This document shows, piece by piece, positions 47,986-58,236 of a stretch of DNA of 64,000 bases. This stretch comes from Nitrospirota bacterium (GTDB lineage: Bacteria > Nitrospirota > Nitrospiria > Nitrospirales > NS-4). The notes beneath the pieces were generated by a model. The model had not been told where the DNA came from, made no database searches, and was given only the letters and a program-made list of their open reading frames with translations. Location of the stretch: assembly GCA_963788195.1 (NCBI GenBank), contig CAWBGA010000013.1, positions 402,254 to 466,253 of the forward strand, written 5' to 3'. The position numbers and the translations under genes were made by a program. Position 1 is the stretch's first letter. Each line of letters opens with the position of its first letter.

Positions 47986-48424
47986 TGGGCGGTGCACCCC
48001 ACTAAAAATGGAGGATGACCCCCAAAAGCGTTCTCTACAATACCCACCTTCGTATTAAAGCATACCTATTAAGGGGAACACGTTGCACAAGGCTATGGAA
48101 AGACAGAACCACCGGGATCCCCGATTCTGGCTGGGGTGATGGAGAAAGCCGCCCCCTTTGAAGGCGGCGACGCATCATAAGCGCAATGACACCCCGCCGA
48201 GCACCTCACGGATAGGTAGATTCACCTGAGCAATTTGGAACAGCCCACGAAAGGTGTTTGGTGTATTGTGCCGGCCATGCATAGGAAACCAACTAGCACA
48301 AAGCGCCGGCCAGTCAATACTGACCAACTTGATATAGATGTTCAGGCTGTGTGTGACCTTGCCGTTCGGTTTGGAGTCCGACCCTGCTAGTTACACGCTA
48401 GGGTTTTTGAGGTGAGTCGAGTCT

Positions 48425-48721
48425 ATGGAACAAGATGACGCCGAAGACGTGGAAACCGTACTCGCCCAACACATGGTTCGTGTGTTCCAAGTGCATCACC
48501 TGACTGGACCGCGAGCGAAGCGTCTGCTAGAAAAAGTGCGAGTGTTAATCGACGTCGGTGAGAGGAGGTCTTTACTACGCAGCACTGAGACGCCACCATT
48601 GGCGGAACCGGATCTCCTGTGCGCTCCCACGTTGAATGAGAAAGCTGCCCCCTTGGACGACGACGCGATGCGTCACAAGCGCAAAAAGGGCCTGAGGATT
48701 CACACGAAGGCGCGAGCGTAG
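48425..48721 (+). CDS. Hypothetical protein
   Basis: GAGGTG RBS with ATG. No recognised motif. Confidence 0.45.
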   Translation: MEQDDAEDVETVLAQHMVRVFQVHHLTGPRAKRLLEKVRVLIDVGERRSLLRSTETPPLAEPDLLCAPTLNEKAAPLDDDAMRHKRKKGLRIHTKARA

Positions 48722-48776
48722 CAAAAATATCCGATTCCCAGACTGCAGGGCTCGGCACTGCCCGGCATTGTCGAGA

Positions 48777-49187
48777 TTATTTGTTGAAGGTGATCCCGGC
48801 TTTTTGAACTTCCGCATAGGGGAGAAGCCAGACAAGCGATTCATCATGTAGATCCACGACCTGTATCCGATTTCCCCACGGGTCCCGAAAATCACACTGA
48901 AAACCGTCCTCTAATTTCAACCCATATTCTTTGGTCAGTTTCTTCCGCACCTCTTGGATCTGCGCTTTGTCGCGCACCATCAGGCCAAAATGCTTGACGC
49001 GGTCGGGGCGGAGCTGCTTCACCTCGAAGATCACCATAAACTGATGCTCCCCGAGCTTGCACCAGGCTGCTCCCTCGCCGCCACGAAGCATCTTGAGATT
49101 GAATACATCGGAATAGAAGCGCACGGCTTTCTCTGCATCGTCGACTTCAATGACCACATGATTACACCCATAGACCTGGACTGCCAT
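48777..49187 (-). CDS. VOC/glyoxalase family protein
   Basis: NHVVIEVDD.EKA.RFYSDVF, HFGL.V, FRDPWGNRIQV. Confidence 0.88.
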   Translation of the reverse strand: MAVQVYGCNHVVIEVDDAEKAVRFYSDVFNLKMLRGGEGAAWCKLGEHQFMVIFEVKQLRPDRVKHFGLMVRDKAQIQEVRKKLTKEYGLKLEDGFQCDFRDPWGNRIQVVDLHDESLVWLLPYAEVQKAGITFNK

Positions 49188-49345
49188 TTTGGACCCCCTA
49201 GCCACGTTGTGAATGCAGATATGCCAACATCATAGCAGACCGGGAGATTGAGGCGAGGGGCTGTGACTTCGAGGCGGGTGGGAGCCCTTGACACGGATTT
49301 GAAGCGGCAGCTATCCTGAGACCCTCTTAATGGGAGAGCCTTAGC

Positions 49346-50026
49346 GTGGAACTTCTTGTTCGATGGCCCTGTCCGTGTACCCGGCTTCCCGAACGCTGTT
49401 CTGATTGCGATGGCAAAGGGTATCTCGACCGGTGGATCCCCCAAGACCTGGTCCGTTCCCTCCTTGGGGACTCGAGTTTCCTCATCATAGATCGCACTCG
49501 CACGCGGAAAAAGCGCTCGCGGCCTTTGGGGCTTGGAACCAAACAACCGCGACAATCACACATCGGAACCACCTTGTTTGTGGACGGGCTGCCAACGTCT
49601 TTTACTGCCGAGCAGTTGTCGGACTTATTCGCGACCTCCGGGAGGGTTCTGTGGAGTCGAATTATATCCGACGCAAATGGTCAATGTTCCGGGTTCGGCT
49701 ATGTTGAAATGGAGAGCTCGGATGCCGCTCAACGGGCTGCCAAAGGTCTTGATGGTCACAAGGAAGGTGATTCGTCCATAGCAGTGATGATCTCCAGCCG
49801 GGCGCCGCACGCGCTCCAAGCGGAGCGGTTCCTGCAGCTAAACTTAGGAAAAGCCTTCTGTGAGCTGTGTCTTCGCTCGCATATTACTGGGGCTCGTGCG
49901 TCATCGTCCGAAGTTCTCGACGCCTTTATTTATATGCATGAATGCTACCACCTCACCGGGAGGTGCTCGGAGTGTGGGAAGACCACCCAAGTATTCGCCG
50001 CTCGCAACAACCATCTCGCGGGTTAA
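49346..50026 (+). CDS. RRM protein flanked by Cys-rich segments
   Basis: TLFVDGLP (RNP2) and SGFGYVEM (RNP1), with N-terminal CPC...CSDCDGKGY and C-terminal CELC...CSECG. Confidence 0.75.
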   Translation: MELLVRWPCPCTRLPERCSDCDGKGYLDRWIPQDLVRSLLGDSSFLIIDRTRTRKKRSRPLGLGTKQPRQSHIGTTLFVDGLPTSFTAEQLSDLFATSGRVLWSRIISDANGQCSGFGYVEMESSDAAQRAAKGLDGHKEGDSSIAVMISSRAPHALQAERFLQLNLGKAFCELCLRSHITGARASSSEVLDAFIYMHECYHLTGRCSECGKTTQVFAARNNHLAG

Positions 50027-50129
50027 ATCGTCCAACAAGCGACACCTGGGGTGCTGCAAGGGCTGCTCAATCTGCCTTGAAGATGGACAACACAGAAAAT
50101 GTCTGGCAAGTCGGGTCAACGGTGGCAGG

Positions 50130-50774
50130 CTAATGTCGGCCTTTTTTCGTTTCGAGGAGGGCCATGCCCTCCAAAGACTGGAGCGCTGTCTTCAAAGGCA
50201 ACCAGCGCGGGGGAATGAGATCTTCTCCATCTGAAATGAGCAGGGTTTCTTCCAACGCGGGTTCTTCCTTCTTCAGTATGCGTAATTCCTCAGCCAGGCC
50301 CGCGATAGCCATATCCACCACGGCCTCCAGTTTTGCCAGACGGTTGGTCCGCGGCGCCGCATTGTGGAGTTGCGCTTTAGCGAGGGTCTCGGCCCGTGTC
50401 AGTTGCGCCCTAAGATTTTCGACGGCTGCGTTCATGTTCTTGACCAGCAGAGCAGCCGTGTCAACCGCTCCTTGACCCCGAAGCTGGCTCTGGACCCGGG
50501 CCAGGTCAGCCTCCAATTCAACAATCCGTTTATCGCAATTGCGGGCGTAGTCAACCGCGGCCTTTTCACGTTCCATCCATTGCTTCAGGAGAGTGTCTTG
50601 TTTCGTGGCCAAAAAAGAAGCCTCCGTGTTGCGAAAGCAATGCAAGGTATCCAAGCCCTGCAATTGCAGTTCTACTATACTACAGTATAATGGTAGTGTC
50701 TTGTAGGGAATAATTTGGCCGCCCCGGGAAGGGACCTTGGGCCCTCGGGGAAAGGCTGTTGTCTCGTGGGGCAC
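50130..50774 (-). CDS. Hypothetical coiled-coil protein
   Basis: Heptad-rich ORF starting 3 bp after the AI-2E stop codon. Confidence 0.55.
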   Translation of the reverse strand: MPHETTAFPRGPKVPSRGGQIIPYKTLPLYCSIVELQLQGLDTLHCFRNTEASFLATKQDTLLKQWMEREKAAVDYARNCDKRIVELEADLARVQSQLRGQGAVDTAALLVKNMNAAVENLRAQLTRAETLAKAQLHNAAPRTNRLAKLEAVVDMAIAGLAEELRILKKEEPALEETLLISDGEDLIPPRWLPLKTALQSLEGMALLETKKGRH

Positions 50775-50777
50775 ACT

Positions 50778-51944
50778 TCACTCGCTCAGAAGGTCGCCGA
50801 TGCCTTTGAGATTTTCGATGTGGTCACACACTACTTTCACGACCATGGTGATCGGCATGGCAAGAAGCATTCCCCAAATTCCCCACATCAATCCCCCGAT
50901 CAAAAGAGCGACAAAGACGGCGACTGGATTCATTTTTGCCGCCCTGCTCATCATCCAGGGTGTGAGTACAAATCCAACGAAACCTTTAATGGCGAGCGAG
51001 ACGCAGCCGATCAGGACGGCCATGGAAAAAGTGCCAAACTGAAGAAATGCCGCAAAGGTGATAAGGCCGGCCACCACAATCGGTCCAAAGTATGGAATGA
51101 AATTGGCGATGCCCGCAGCGATGCCCCAGACCCCAGCATGTTCGAGGCCGAGGCCCGCCAAGGCCGCCCATGTCATGACAGCCGCGATCGCGCTGGTGAG
51201 CGTTTGCACAAGCAAGAAGCGCTCGATTTGCCTGTTGATATCGTCGAGGATCTCCACGGTGACCCGTTTCTCGGAGAGGGTCGACCCGGCCAATTTGACA
51301 AGCTTCCTTTTATAGAGATCCCCTGAAGCCAGCAGGAAGTACACCAGGAATAACACCACGAGGGCCTGACCCGCGATCGTGACAATTCCCAAGGGAACGG
51401 ACCATAAATAAGGTCCCAGTTCGAAAGGCAATGCCTTGGGAGGAACGGGGCGGGACGGTGTTTTTGAACCTGCGGCTTCGGCAGCCGCTTTTTCGAGTTC
51501 ACTAGCGGCCTTTTGCACCTTTTCCATAGCGCCAGGCCCGTTCATGCGATCTTCACGGAGACGCGCACGGATAGTCTGGGCAGCCTCGGGCAACTGATCG
51601 ACAATGGCAACGGCGTCGTTTCTTAGAGAATAAGCAAGGGAGCCAAATGAGGTCAAAATTGCGAGCAGCAAAACTGCGGCGCTGAGTGGCCGGGGTATCT
51701 TCCACCGACCGAGCCAAGCCACAATAGGATCCAACGCGTAACTGATCAGCGCGGCGAACACGAGCGGGATCAAAAGTGACGCGGCCAAATGAAGCGCAGC
51801 GACCACGGCCAAAACTGCGAGTACGGACAGCGATACACTGCGGACATCCAGCGGGATGGGGAAGAGCGGGGGTTGGGGTTCCAGGGTGGGCTCCACCTCG
51901 GCTGACGGCGCAGGCACCTCTTTGATTTCCATAGCTTCCATCAC
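50778..51944 (-). CDS. AI-2E family transporter
   Basis: L.PLV.A.LISYALDP.V, FLVYFLLA.G, NFIPYFG, L.P.MM, WGIWGMLLAMP. Confidence 0.92.
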   Translation of the reverse strand: MMEAMEIKEVPAPSAEVEPTLEPQPPLFPIPLDVRSVSLSVLAVLAVVAALHLAASLLIPLVFAALISYALDPIVAWLGRWKIPRPLSAAVLLLAILTSFGSLAYSLRNDAVAIVDQLPEAAQTIRARLREDRMNGPGAMEKVQKAASELEKAAAEAAGSKTPSRPVPPKALPFELGPYLWSVPLGIVTIAGQALVVLFLVYFLLASGDLYKRKLVKLAGSTLSEKRVTVEILDDINRQIERFLLVQTLTSAIAAVMTWAALAGLGLEHAGVWGIAAGIANFIPYFGPIVVAGLITFAAFLQFGTFSMAVLIGCVSLAIKGFVGFVLTPWMMSRAAKMNPVAVFVALLIGGLMWGIWGMLLAMPITMVVKVVCDHIENLKGIGDLLSE

Positions 51945-52010
51945 TCAGTTATCGACCGAGACAACTTACCTGCGGCCGCGCTGAGACGTGAATCGAGCGG
52001 TGCGCCGGCC

Positions 52011-52700
52011 TTACCCAACGCACAAGAGAGAAGATTGAAGCGTGGAAAATCGGCCTGATGCGCCCGTGATAGCCTGATTCCCGCCTTGATCCCGTGCCAG
52101 GGTTAAGGCCTGTTCAGCCTCTTGGACCAGCGTCTTGGGTTTGGAGCGCAGTTGGGGCGCGTCTGTCGCGACTCCAATACTGATCGTCACGCGGGTGCCG
52201 AGAGGAGAAGCAGGATGCGGAATCTTCCAACCCTCGATGATGGCGGGCAATCGCTTTGCAATGGCGGCTGCTTCCTCGACTGTCGTTCGTGGGAGAATCG
52301 CCATAAAGCGGTCGTCGTCGTAACGACCGACAAGCGCGCCTGGACGGCTCAGGGTGTTGCTCAGGAAGCACGCCACTTGTTTCACACAGTTGTCCGCCGC
52401 CTGCAGGCCGAGAGTATCACGATACTGCTCGAAGTGATCTATCCTAATGATAAACAAGGACAGGACTGCGGGTCCGGTGATCGCGCACCGCCATTGATGC
52501 TCAAGAACTAAATCCAGTTGCTGCCGATTCGGGGTGCCGGTCAGCGCGTCCCGGGAGGATACATATTGAGAGATGTGGTTTCTTAGGTATAGCTCTCGAA
52601 GCTGAGTGACAACAGCCCGCCGGTGCAGCCGGAAGGACCTCTTCCAACCAAGCAATTCCATTTTTGAGGGGGAGGTAAAGAGGGCCATGGTAGGCCCCAT
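52011..52700 (-). CDS. Degenerate GGDEF-domain protein
   Basis: DALTG.PNR, IDHF..Y.D..G...AD and VTISIGVA are present, but the active site reads RYDDDRF. Confidence 0.8.
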   Translation of the reverse strand: MGPTMALFTSPSKMELLGWKRSFRLHRRAVVTQLRELYLRNHISQYVSSRDALTGTPNRQQLDLVLEHQWRCAITGPAVLSLFIIRIDHFEQYRDTLGLQAADNCVKQVACFLSNTLSRPGALVGRYDDDRFMAILPRTTVEEAAAIAKRLPAIIEGWKIPHPASPLGTRVTISIGVATDAPQLRSKPKTLVQEAEQALTLARDQGGNQAITGASGRFSTLQSSLLCVG

Positions 52701-52863
52701 ATTGCGGAATTCTAACCGGTGAAAGAAAGCCTACTTTCGTAGCAGGTAGGGGACTTTCCATTAAGGTCATAGTTCGCCGTACTATGGGCCAAAATCCTTT
52801 AAAGTCGAGGCCCTCGGAGTGTTATCGGTTGTGAGCGATATATCTGTGTGCTAGCATGCGCCC

Positions 52864-53976
52864 ATGAGTTTCTGGCACCGGATCGCACAACCTATCATCG
52901 GCTTATCACCCATGGACGGCGTGACTGACCCCGCTTTCCGGTTTATAGTCGCGCGTTACGGCAACCCAGATGTGCAGTTTACCGAGTTCATTAATGTTGA
53001 CGAGATCTGCTACGGAGTGGAATCTGCCTGGACGCAGCTCCGCTACGTTGAAATTGAACGGCCCGTGGTCGCCCAGATTTATGGGGCCGACCCCGAGAAG
53101 TTCTATCAAGTCGCTCAGGTCATCTGTGCACTCGGGTTTGACGGGGTGGATATTAATATGGGGTGTCCGTCAAAAAGCGTCTCCGCCCGAGGATGCGGTG
53201 CGGCGCTTATTAAGAACCCTCCGCTCGCGAAAGAGATTCTTCGCGCGGCTCAGGCTGGCGTGAAGGATTGGGCAGCCGGACGGGAGATTGAGACGATCGG
53301 GCTGCGCTCCAAAGTGGCGCAGAAGATCCACAGTCTGATGACACCTCGAGAGGGCCGTCGCGCCATCCCGGTCTCGGTGAAGACGCGCTTGGGGTACGAT
53401 TCCGTGATCATTGAGGAGTGGGTCACGATGTTATTGGAGGAACAGCCGGAAGCTATCTCCATACACGGGCGAACGCTTGCCCAGATGTACCGGGGGCGCG
53501 CGGATTGGGAGGCGATCGGACGGGCAGCGAAGTTGGTCCGCCAGACTTCTACGTTGATTCTTGGGAACGGCGACGTTGAGTCGATGCAGGACGTCATCGA
53601 TCGTGTGCAGGCAACCCATGTTCATGGCGTGCTCATCGGGCGTGGGTGCCTTGGAAACCCCTGGCTGTTTTTACAAAAGGCGTGGGCGAAGGCAGCAATC
53701 AATCATGCTGCTTTGCAGGGAGAGGGCCAGGAGATTTCCGAGTCAATTCAAGAAATATCCCTCCGCGAACGTTTCCAAGTGGCAGTGGAACACGCTCGAT
53801 ATTTTGAGAGCCTTGGCGGCGCCCAGCGTTTTTCGGCCATGCGCAAGCATTTGGGCTGGTATTGCAAAGGATTTCCGGGGGCCGCCGAGACCCGGGCCCG
53901 CATGTTCCAAACGAGCAGCTCTGTGGACGTCGAGGAAGTCTTGGGGCGCGTCGAACCTGAGTGGGTACTAGCCTGA
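52864..53976 (+). CDS. dus: tRNA-dihydrouridine synthase
   Basis: LSPMDGVTD, FTEF, DINMGCP, SVKTRLG, IHGRT, GNGDV, IGRG..GNPW, RKHLGWY. Confidence 0.93.
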   Translation: MSFWHRIAQPIIGLSPMDGVTDPAFRFIVARYGNPDVQFTEFINVDEICYGVESAWTQLRYVEIERPVVAQIYGADPEKFYQVAQVICALGFDGVDINMGCPSKSVSARGCGAALIKNPPLAKEILRAAQAGVKDWAAGREIETIGLRSKVAQKIHSLMTPREGRRAIPVSVKTRLGYDSVIIEEWVTMLLEEQPEAISIHGRTLAQMYRGRADWEAIGRAAKLVRQTSTLILGNGDVESMQDVIDRVQATHVHGVLIGRGCLGNPWLFLQKAWAKAAINHAALQGEGQEISESIQEISLRERFQVAVEHARYFESLGGAQRFSAMRKHLGWYCKGFPGAAETRARMFQTSSSVDVEEVLGRVEPEWVLA

Positions 53977-54599
53977 TCCTGGCGTCCTCATCGCCTCGTC
54001 GCTATCAAATTCTGGCGCTTCTTCAGGTGCCGTTCCTCATGATACCACCGCGTGTCGATGAAGCATCTGAAGCGCACTGGTCGCCCGCGGAGGAAGTACT
54101 GCATCTCGCCAGGCGCAAGGCGCAAGCCTTCGAGACTCGCTTCCCGAACACTCTTCTGCTGGGTAGTGACACATTAATTAACCTCGACGGGCAGAAGATC
54201 GGCAAGCCTGGCGGTCCTGCGGATGCTCATCGAATTCTCGGACAACTGCGGGGTCGCAGTCATCTCGTGCTGACCGCCATCGCGATGTTTCACCCGTTTA
54301 GCGGCAAGAGCTTTGAATGGATCGAGTCGGTGCAGGTCAGGATGCGCAACTTTTCAGATGATGAGCTGAACGCTTATGCCGCGAGCCCTGAGGCTCAGGA
54401 CAAGGCGGGAGCCTATTGTCTCCAAGGCCAAGGGCGCACGCTTATCGAGGGCCTGGACGGAGACTATCTGGCGGCCGTCGGGTTACCTCTAGGAGCCGTT
54501 GCACAGGGGCTGCGTCAAATGGGCGTCGCCGTCAATATAAATGTCGATACAGTGTATAAGGAGCGCGACTTCCTGAACTGGCGACTTTATCAGCCTTGA
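53961..54599 (+). CDS. maf: Maf family nucleoside triphosphate pyrophosphatase
   Basis: LILASSSPRR, LA..KA, GSDT, GKP, DKAGAY..QG, GLP. Confidence 0.92.
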   Translation: MGTSLILASSSPRRYQILALLQVPFLMIPPRVDEASEAHWSPAEEVLHLARRKAQAFETRFPNTLLLGSDTLINLDGQKIGKPGGPADAHRILGQLRGRSHLVLTAIAMFHPFSGKSFEWIESVQVRMRNFSDDELNAYAASPEAQDKAGAYCLQGQGRTLIEGLDGDYLAAVGLPLGAVAQGLRQMGVAVNINVDTVYKERDFLNWRLYQP

Positions 54600-54640
54600 C
54601 TCGATCGGATACGAAGAAGAGCGCAGTTGGCAAGTGCGGC

Positions 54641-55267
54641 TTAAGGGGCAGCGGGATAGGAAACAGGCGGGAGGTACAGGCCGCAGGAGAACTCCATCTT
54701 GATAGCATCGTGAAATGTCATGGACAGAGGGATCACGTCCTGGTGAACGACTAACGCCAGATACCCGGTAAAGGGATGTGGAGCCGTCGGAACGAAGATA
54801 ATCCGGAGCCGACCGATCGGTGAGACCTGCAGTGCTGCCGGTGCCTCACCGATGACGAGCCCGATTGCATAGATCCCGTCGCGCGGAAAAGGAATGAGGA
54901 CCACGCGATTTTCCCGCCGCTGGTCCAGAAATGAAAAAATGTCCGTCACAGATTTGAAGGTGGAGTAGATCGCGCGGACGCCTGGAACGCGCAAGAGTGC
55001 CGTCTCTGAGGCATTCAAGACCCGGCCCCCCAGGAAATTCGACGCGAGGATGCCCGCGATAAGGATCACCAGTATCAACATGAGCACGCCCAGTCCGGGG
55101 ATTGAGGACTTGACAGTCGGCCCTAATAGACTGGCGATCGCATTGTCGAGGGTCTTGAACAGCGTCGTCAAAACCAACAGGGTCCCCCAAATCGGAACGA
55201 CGACCGCCAACCCCGTCAGGAAGACGCGTTGTACACGAAGTGCGAGTCCTGCGATGTGCGGAGTCAT
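54641..55267 (-). CDS. DUF502 family membrane protein
   Basis: FLTGL.VVVP...T, IPGLG, RVPGV..IY...K, VVLIPFPR, FVPTAP.P.TG. Confidence 0.88.
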   Translation of the reverse strand: MTPHIAGLALRVQRVFLTGLAVVVPIWGTLLVLTTLFKTLDNAIASLLGPTVKSSIPGLGVLMLILVILIAGILASNFLGGRVLNASETALLRVPGVRAIYSTFKSVTDIFSFLDQRRENRVVLIPFPRDGIYAIGLVIGEAPAALQVSPIGRLRIIFVPTAPHPFTGYLALVVHQDVIPLSMTFHDAIKMEFSCGLYLPPVSYPAAP

Positions 55268-56100
55268 TTGAAGGTTTTCTGCGAATCGGGCAATGGGCGG
55301 ACGCCTGCATGATCAGCGAGGATGTATGCGTCGAGGAAGGCGAGACTTTTTAGCCAGGCTTGGTCGGCAGCCTCCGCCTGATAGACGTCCGGGCGGCTAC
55401 TGTTAAAGAATCCGTGTTGCGTGCCAGGGTATTTGTGTACGTCACACATAACGTGTTGGGCAGTGAGCTTCTGGGAGAGGGCGTCGACTTCTTGTGACGA
55501 CACCACGTCATCATGCTCCGCTTGATGGAAAAGAACGGGACATCGGAGACTGCCCAGGGCGTCCAGCGGCACCTTGCCATAAAACGCAATACACGCGCGC
55601 AGCTGCCTCCGGCACGCGGCGAAGTTCAACGCAAACGAGCCGCCCATGTCGAAGCCGAGCACGGCAATCCGATGTTTTTTAACATAGTCTTGATAATTTA
55701 AGTACTCGGCGGCAGCCATGAGGTCCTGCATCAGAGAGGGGACTGTCACTTTCGCCATCAGTTGTGCCGCATGCGCCGCATCTGAGGTGACGATACTGCC
55801 GGTCCGGCTGTACTGATCGACCGCCAGTGCGACATACCCGTGTTCGGCCAAACGAAAGGCCAGATGCTGATAATGCTGCGTCAGTCCCCAGCGTTCATGA
55901 AGAATGATGACGGCCGGAAACGGCCCTCCTTTTTGAGGCCATGCCTGAAATCCCTTGATCCTGATCCCCTGAGTTCGCTTCGTGGGCGCGTAGGGGTCCA
56001 CAGCCACGTCTAAGGGGTCGGGCATACCGATGCCACTCAAAAACTGCACATTGCCGGACCCGATATCTTGGCGTTCAAACTTGGTCGCCGGTGGGGGCAT
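55264..56100 (-). CDS. Dienelactone hydrolase family protein (Asp at the nucleophile position)
   Basis: PAVIILHERWGL, LA..GYVALA.D, LGFDMGG, FYG, YPG..HGF.N. Confidence 0.88.
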   Translation of the reverse strand: MPPPATKFERQDIGSGNVQFLSGIGMPDPLDVAVDPYAPTKRTQGIRIKGFQAWPQKGGPFPAVIILHERWGLTQHYQHLAFRLAEHGYVALAVDQYSRTGSIVTSDAAHAAQLMAKVTVPSLMQDLMAAAEYLNYQDYVKKHRIAVLGFDMGGSFALNFAACRRQLRACIAFYGKVPLDALGSLRCPVLFHQAEHDDVVSSQEVDALSQKLTAQHVMCDVHKYPGTQHGFFNSSRPDVYQAEAADQAWLKSLAFLDAYILADHAGVRPLPDSQKTFK

Positions 56101-56107
56101 AGAATAC

Positions 56108-56941
56108 CTATTTCTTGGTGCTGGCGGTGTCAATATTAATGAAAGGCATGGCGCCTGTCCCGCCGATGACCTGCGGAAATTTCCCATCCCATTTCTCGAT
56201 GGCGCGTAGTTGCAGGATGATTGGGCTGATCGTTTCTTTTTGAATGCGCTGGGACTCGGCCTCCGCGCGGGCGGTTACAACTTTTTGCTCGCCCTCAATC
56301 TTGATTCGCTCGAGGTCGCGTTGGGCCTTGAGTGCCAATTGCTCGGCCGTCTGTTTGGATTCAATCGCCTCCTTAAAGACATTGGAGAACTGAAAGTCCG
56401 TAATGTTCAGCTCATCCAATGAAATAAAGGAAGTCATCAGGCGCTGATGCAATGCCGTCTTGATCTCATCCTTTACCATTTGCCGCTTGGTGATCAGTTC
56501 CTCCGCCGTAAATCTGGCCGTGACGCCTTTGACAATCTCCTGTACGGCCGGATCGATAATTCGTTTTTCATATTCCAGGCCGATCTCTTGAAAGATCTTA
56601 TCCACCTTGTCAGGGAACAGGTGATAGTTCAGCACGATCTCCGTCGCAACCGTTTGAAGGTCCTTCGAGGCGGCGGTGGCGCGGGTGTCGGATTTGCGAA
56701 TACGCACATCGATTTTGGTAATCTGCTCAAAGTACGGGATGACGAAGTGAAAACCAGGTGGAACGATCCGCAGCGTGCCGCGAACCTTATTATAGACTAC
56801 CCCGCGTTCCCCGGCTCCGATCAGGGTGAAGGGCGAGAATGCCCATAGGAAAAAGAGCGCTACAGCGACGATAAGAAATGGCCCCATCTTTTTCAATCCG
56901 GGCATTTCGCTTATCGGGTCGAATTCTTTGTTTAACGCCAT
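56108..56941 (-). CDS. Prohibitin/SPFH domain protein
   Basis: GERGV, G.HF.IP, SKDLQ.V, F.AEELITKR, F..AIE.KQ.AEQ, AIEKWDGK.P. Confidence 0.92.
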   Translation of the reverse strand: MALNKEFDPISEMPGLKKMGPFLIVAVALFFLWAFSPFTLIGAGERGVVYNKVRGTLRIVPPGFHFVIPYFEQITKIDVRIRKSDTRATAASKDLQTVATEIVLNYHLFPDKVDKIFQEIGLEYEKRIIDPAVQEIVKGVTARFTAEELITKRQMVKDEIKTALHQRLMTSFISLDELNITDFQFSNVFKEAIESKQTAEQLALKAQRDLERIKIEGEQKVVTARAEAESQRIQKETISPIILQLRAIEKWDGKFPQVIGGTGAMPFINIDTASTKK

Positions 56942-57042
56942 GTGGCCTCCCGTGAATAAGATTGTCGCCCCTTAGGCGCTGACGCCGCACGCTGCTTTCG
57001 GCTCAGATGATGCGTCACCGTGATTCGACGAGCAGGGAGAAC

Positions 57043-57234
57043 TTACTCACTGCTTCCCAGCATATCATCGATCAGAGGCCGGTTGCGGTCGTAGCAATTG
57101 GGGCAGACATGGTCAAAGACCGCGTCGTGGTCCGCCGCTACATTGCGGTCATCAACCAGTTTTTCGGAGATAACAATTTCGTAACAGGCGTCGCACACCT
57201 GGAAGGGGCCACGCATTAAGGAGATGGTACGCAT
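57043..57234 (-). CDS. Small zinc-finger-like hypothetical protein
   Basis: CDAC...HVCPNC, with a GAG RBS. Confidence 0.6.
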   Translation of the reverse strand: MRTISLMRGPFQVCDACYEIVISEKLVDDRNVAADHDAVFDHVCPNCYDRNRPLIDDMLGSSE

Positions 57235-57258
57235 CGTAGTTCTCTATGATGTGAAAAC

Positions 57259-57495
57259 CTAGGCTTCCGCGACAATGTGCGTGTCGGTTTCTTCTACGCC
57301 ATCGATGGTATGAATTTTTGTGATGACGACATCAGAGAGAGCCTTCTCATCGCCGACTTCCACAAAACTAAAGATATCCGGTTGACCGAAACAGGGATGC
57401 ACCGACTGAACACCCGGGATTTTTTTGAGGGATTTCACTACGTCCTTGGTTTTGCCCGCCTTGACCTTGATCAGGATGTACGCTTTCGTCGCCAT
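57259..57495 (-). CDS. Lrp/AsnC ligand-binding-domain-only protein
   Basis: KAYILIKV..GK...V...LK.IPGV...FG..DI...I..IDGV..T.T.IV. AAGGGGG RBS. Confidence 0.88.
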   Translation of the reverse strand: MATKAYILIKVKAGKTKDVVKSLKKIPGVQSVHPCFGQPDIFSFVEVGDEKALSDVVITKIHTIDGVEETDTHIVAEA

Positions 57496-57577
57496 AAATC
57501 GCTCCCCCTTACTTACTACGATCGTCGGGTGGCGATCATAGCAGATCAGGGATTGGTTTATCAAAGAGTGTAAGGCG

Positions 57578-58102
57578 TCATCTGGGTGAAGGCATTACCC
57601 CTCGCTCCTTTTCATATAATGCATGAAGGTCCTGTCCCATCGCGCCGAGGGCGCGTTTGGCGTGCCAGTACACCCTCGCCATGACCTCCAGTTCCGAGCG
57701 GCCGACGTTGAATTCAGTTAGTCCAGCCATCACTTCCGGAGCATGAGTGGGAGGGCGAGAGGCGGCGTAGCTCAAGATGGCCTCCAGTGTCCGAGAGGTA
57801 AGGGCGTCTGGCGGAAGAGCCTCGCCTTGTACCTGTTCCCCCTTCTGAAGGGCTTCAGAAAACCATTGTCGCGTCGCTTGATGGGTAGTTTTTCGCAATG
57901 CCGCCTGGGTTTGGATGAGTGCGTGTACCAATGTCTGTGCGTCAGGAGAGGCCTCCGGGGGCAGTGCATGTGCCTGTTCGAAGACGGACAGGAGCGCCAT
58001 GACATGTCCGACAAGAGCTTGGCTGGAGTTAGACGCTGGGATAGCGTGGCTTGCCAGGAGAGAGATCATCAAGACGGCTGAAGCCAATGCCGAGATTTTC
58101 AC
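57578..58102 (-). CDS. Exported hypothetical protein
   Basis: Signal-peptide-like N-terminus. Helical. Confidence 0.6.
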   Translation of the reverse strand: MKISALASAVLMISLLASHAIPASNSSQALVGHVMALLSVFEQAHALPPEASPDAQTLVHALIQTQAALRKTTHQATRQWFSEALQKGEQVQGEALPPDALTSRTLEAILSYAASRPPTHAPEVMAGLTEFNVGRSELEVMARVYWHAKRALGAMGQDLHALYEKERGVMPSPR

Positions 58103-58236
58103 TTATATGGTCGACCCGTGCAGATCGTCTTGCAGTGCCGGTTTGCAGAGTCAACGGCCACTTCCTTCAAGTATATCGACCCATTGGTGAGCCGGATCGA
58201 TTGTACCTCTTTCCCTATTGCAGTGTCACATCATGG

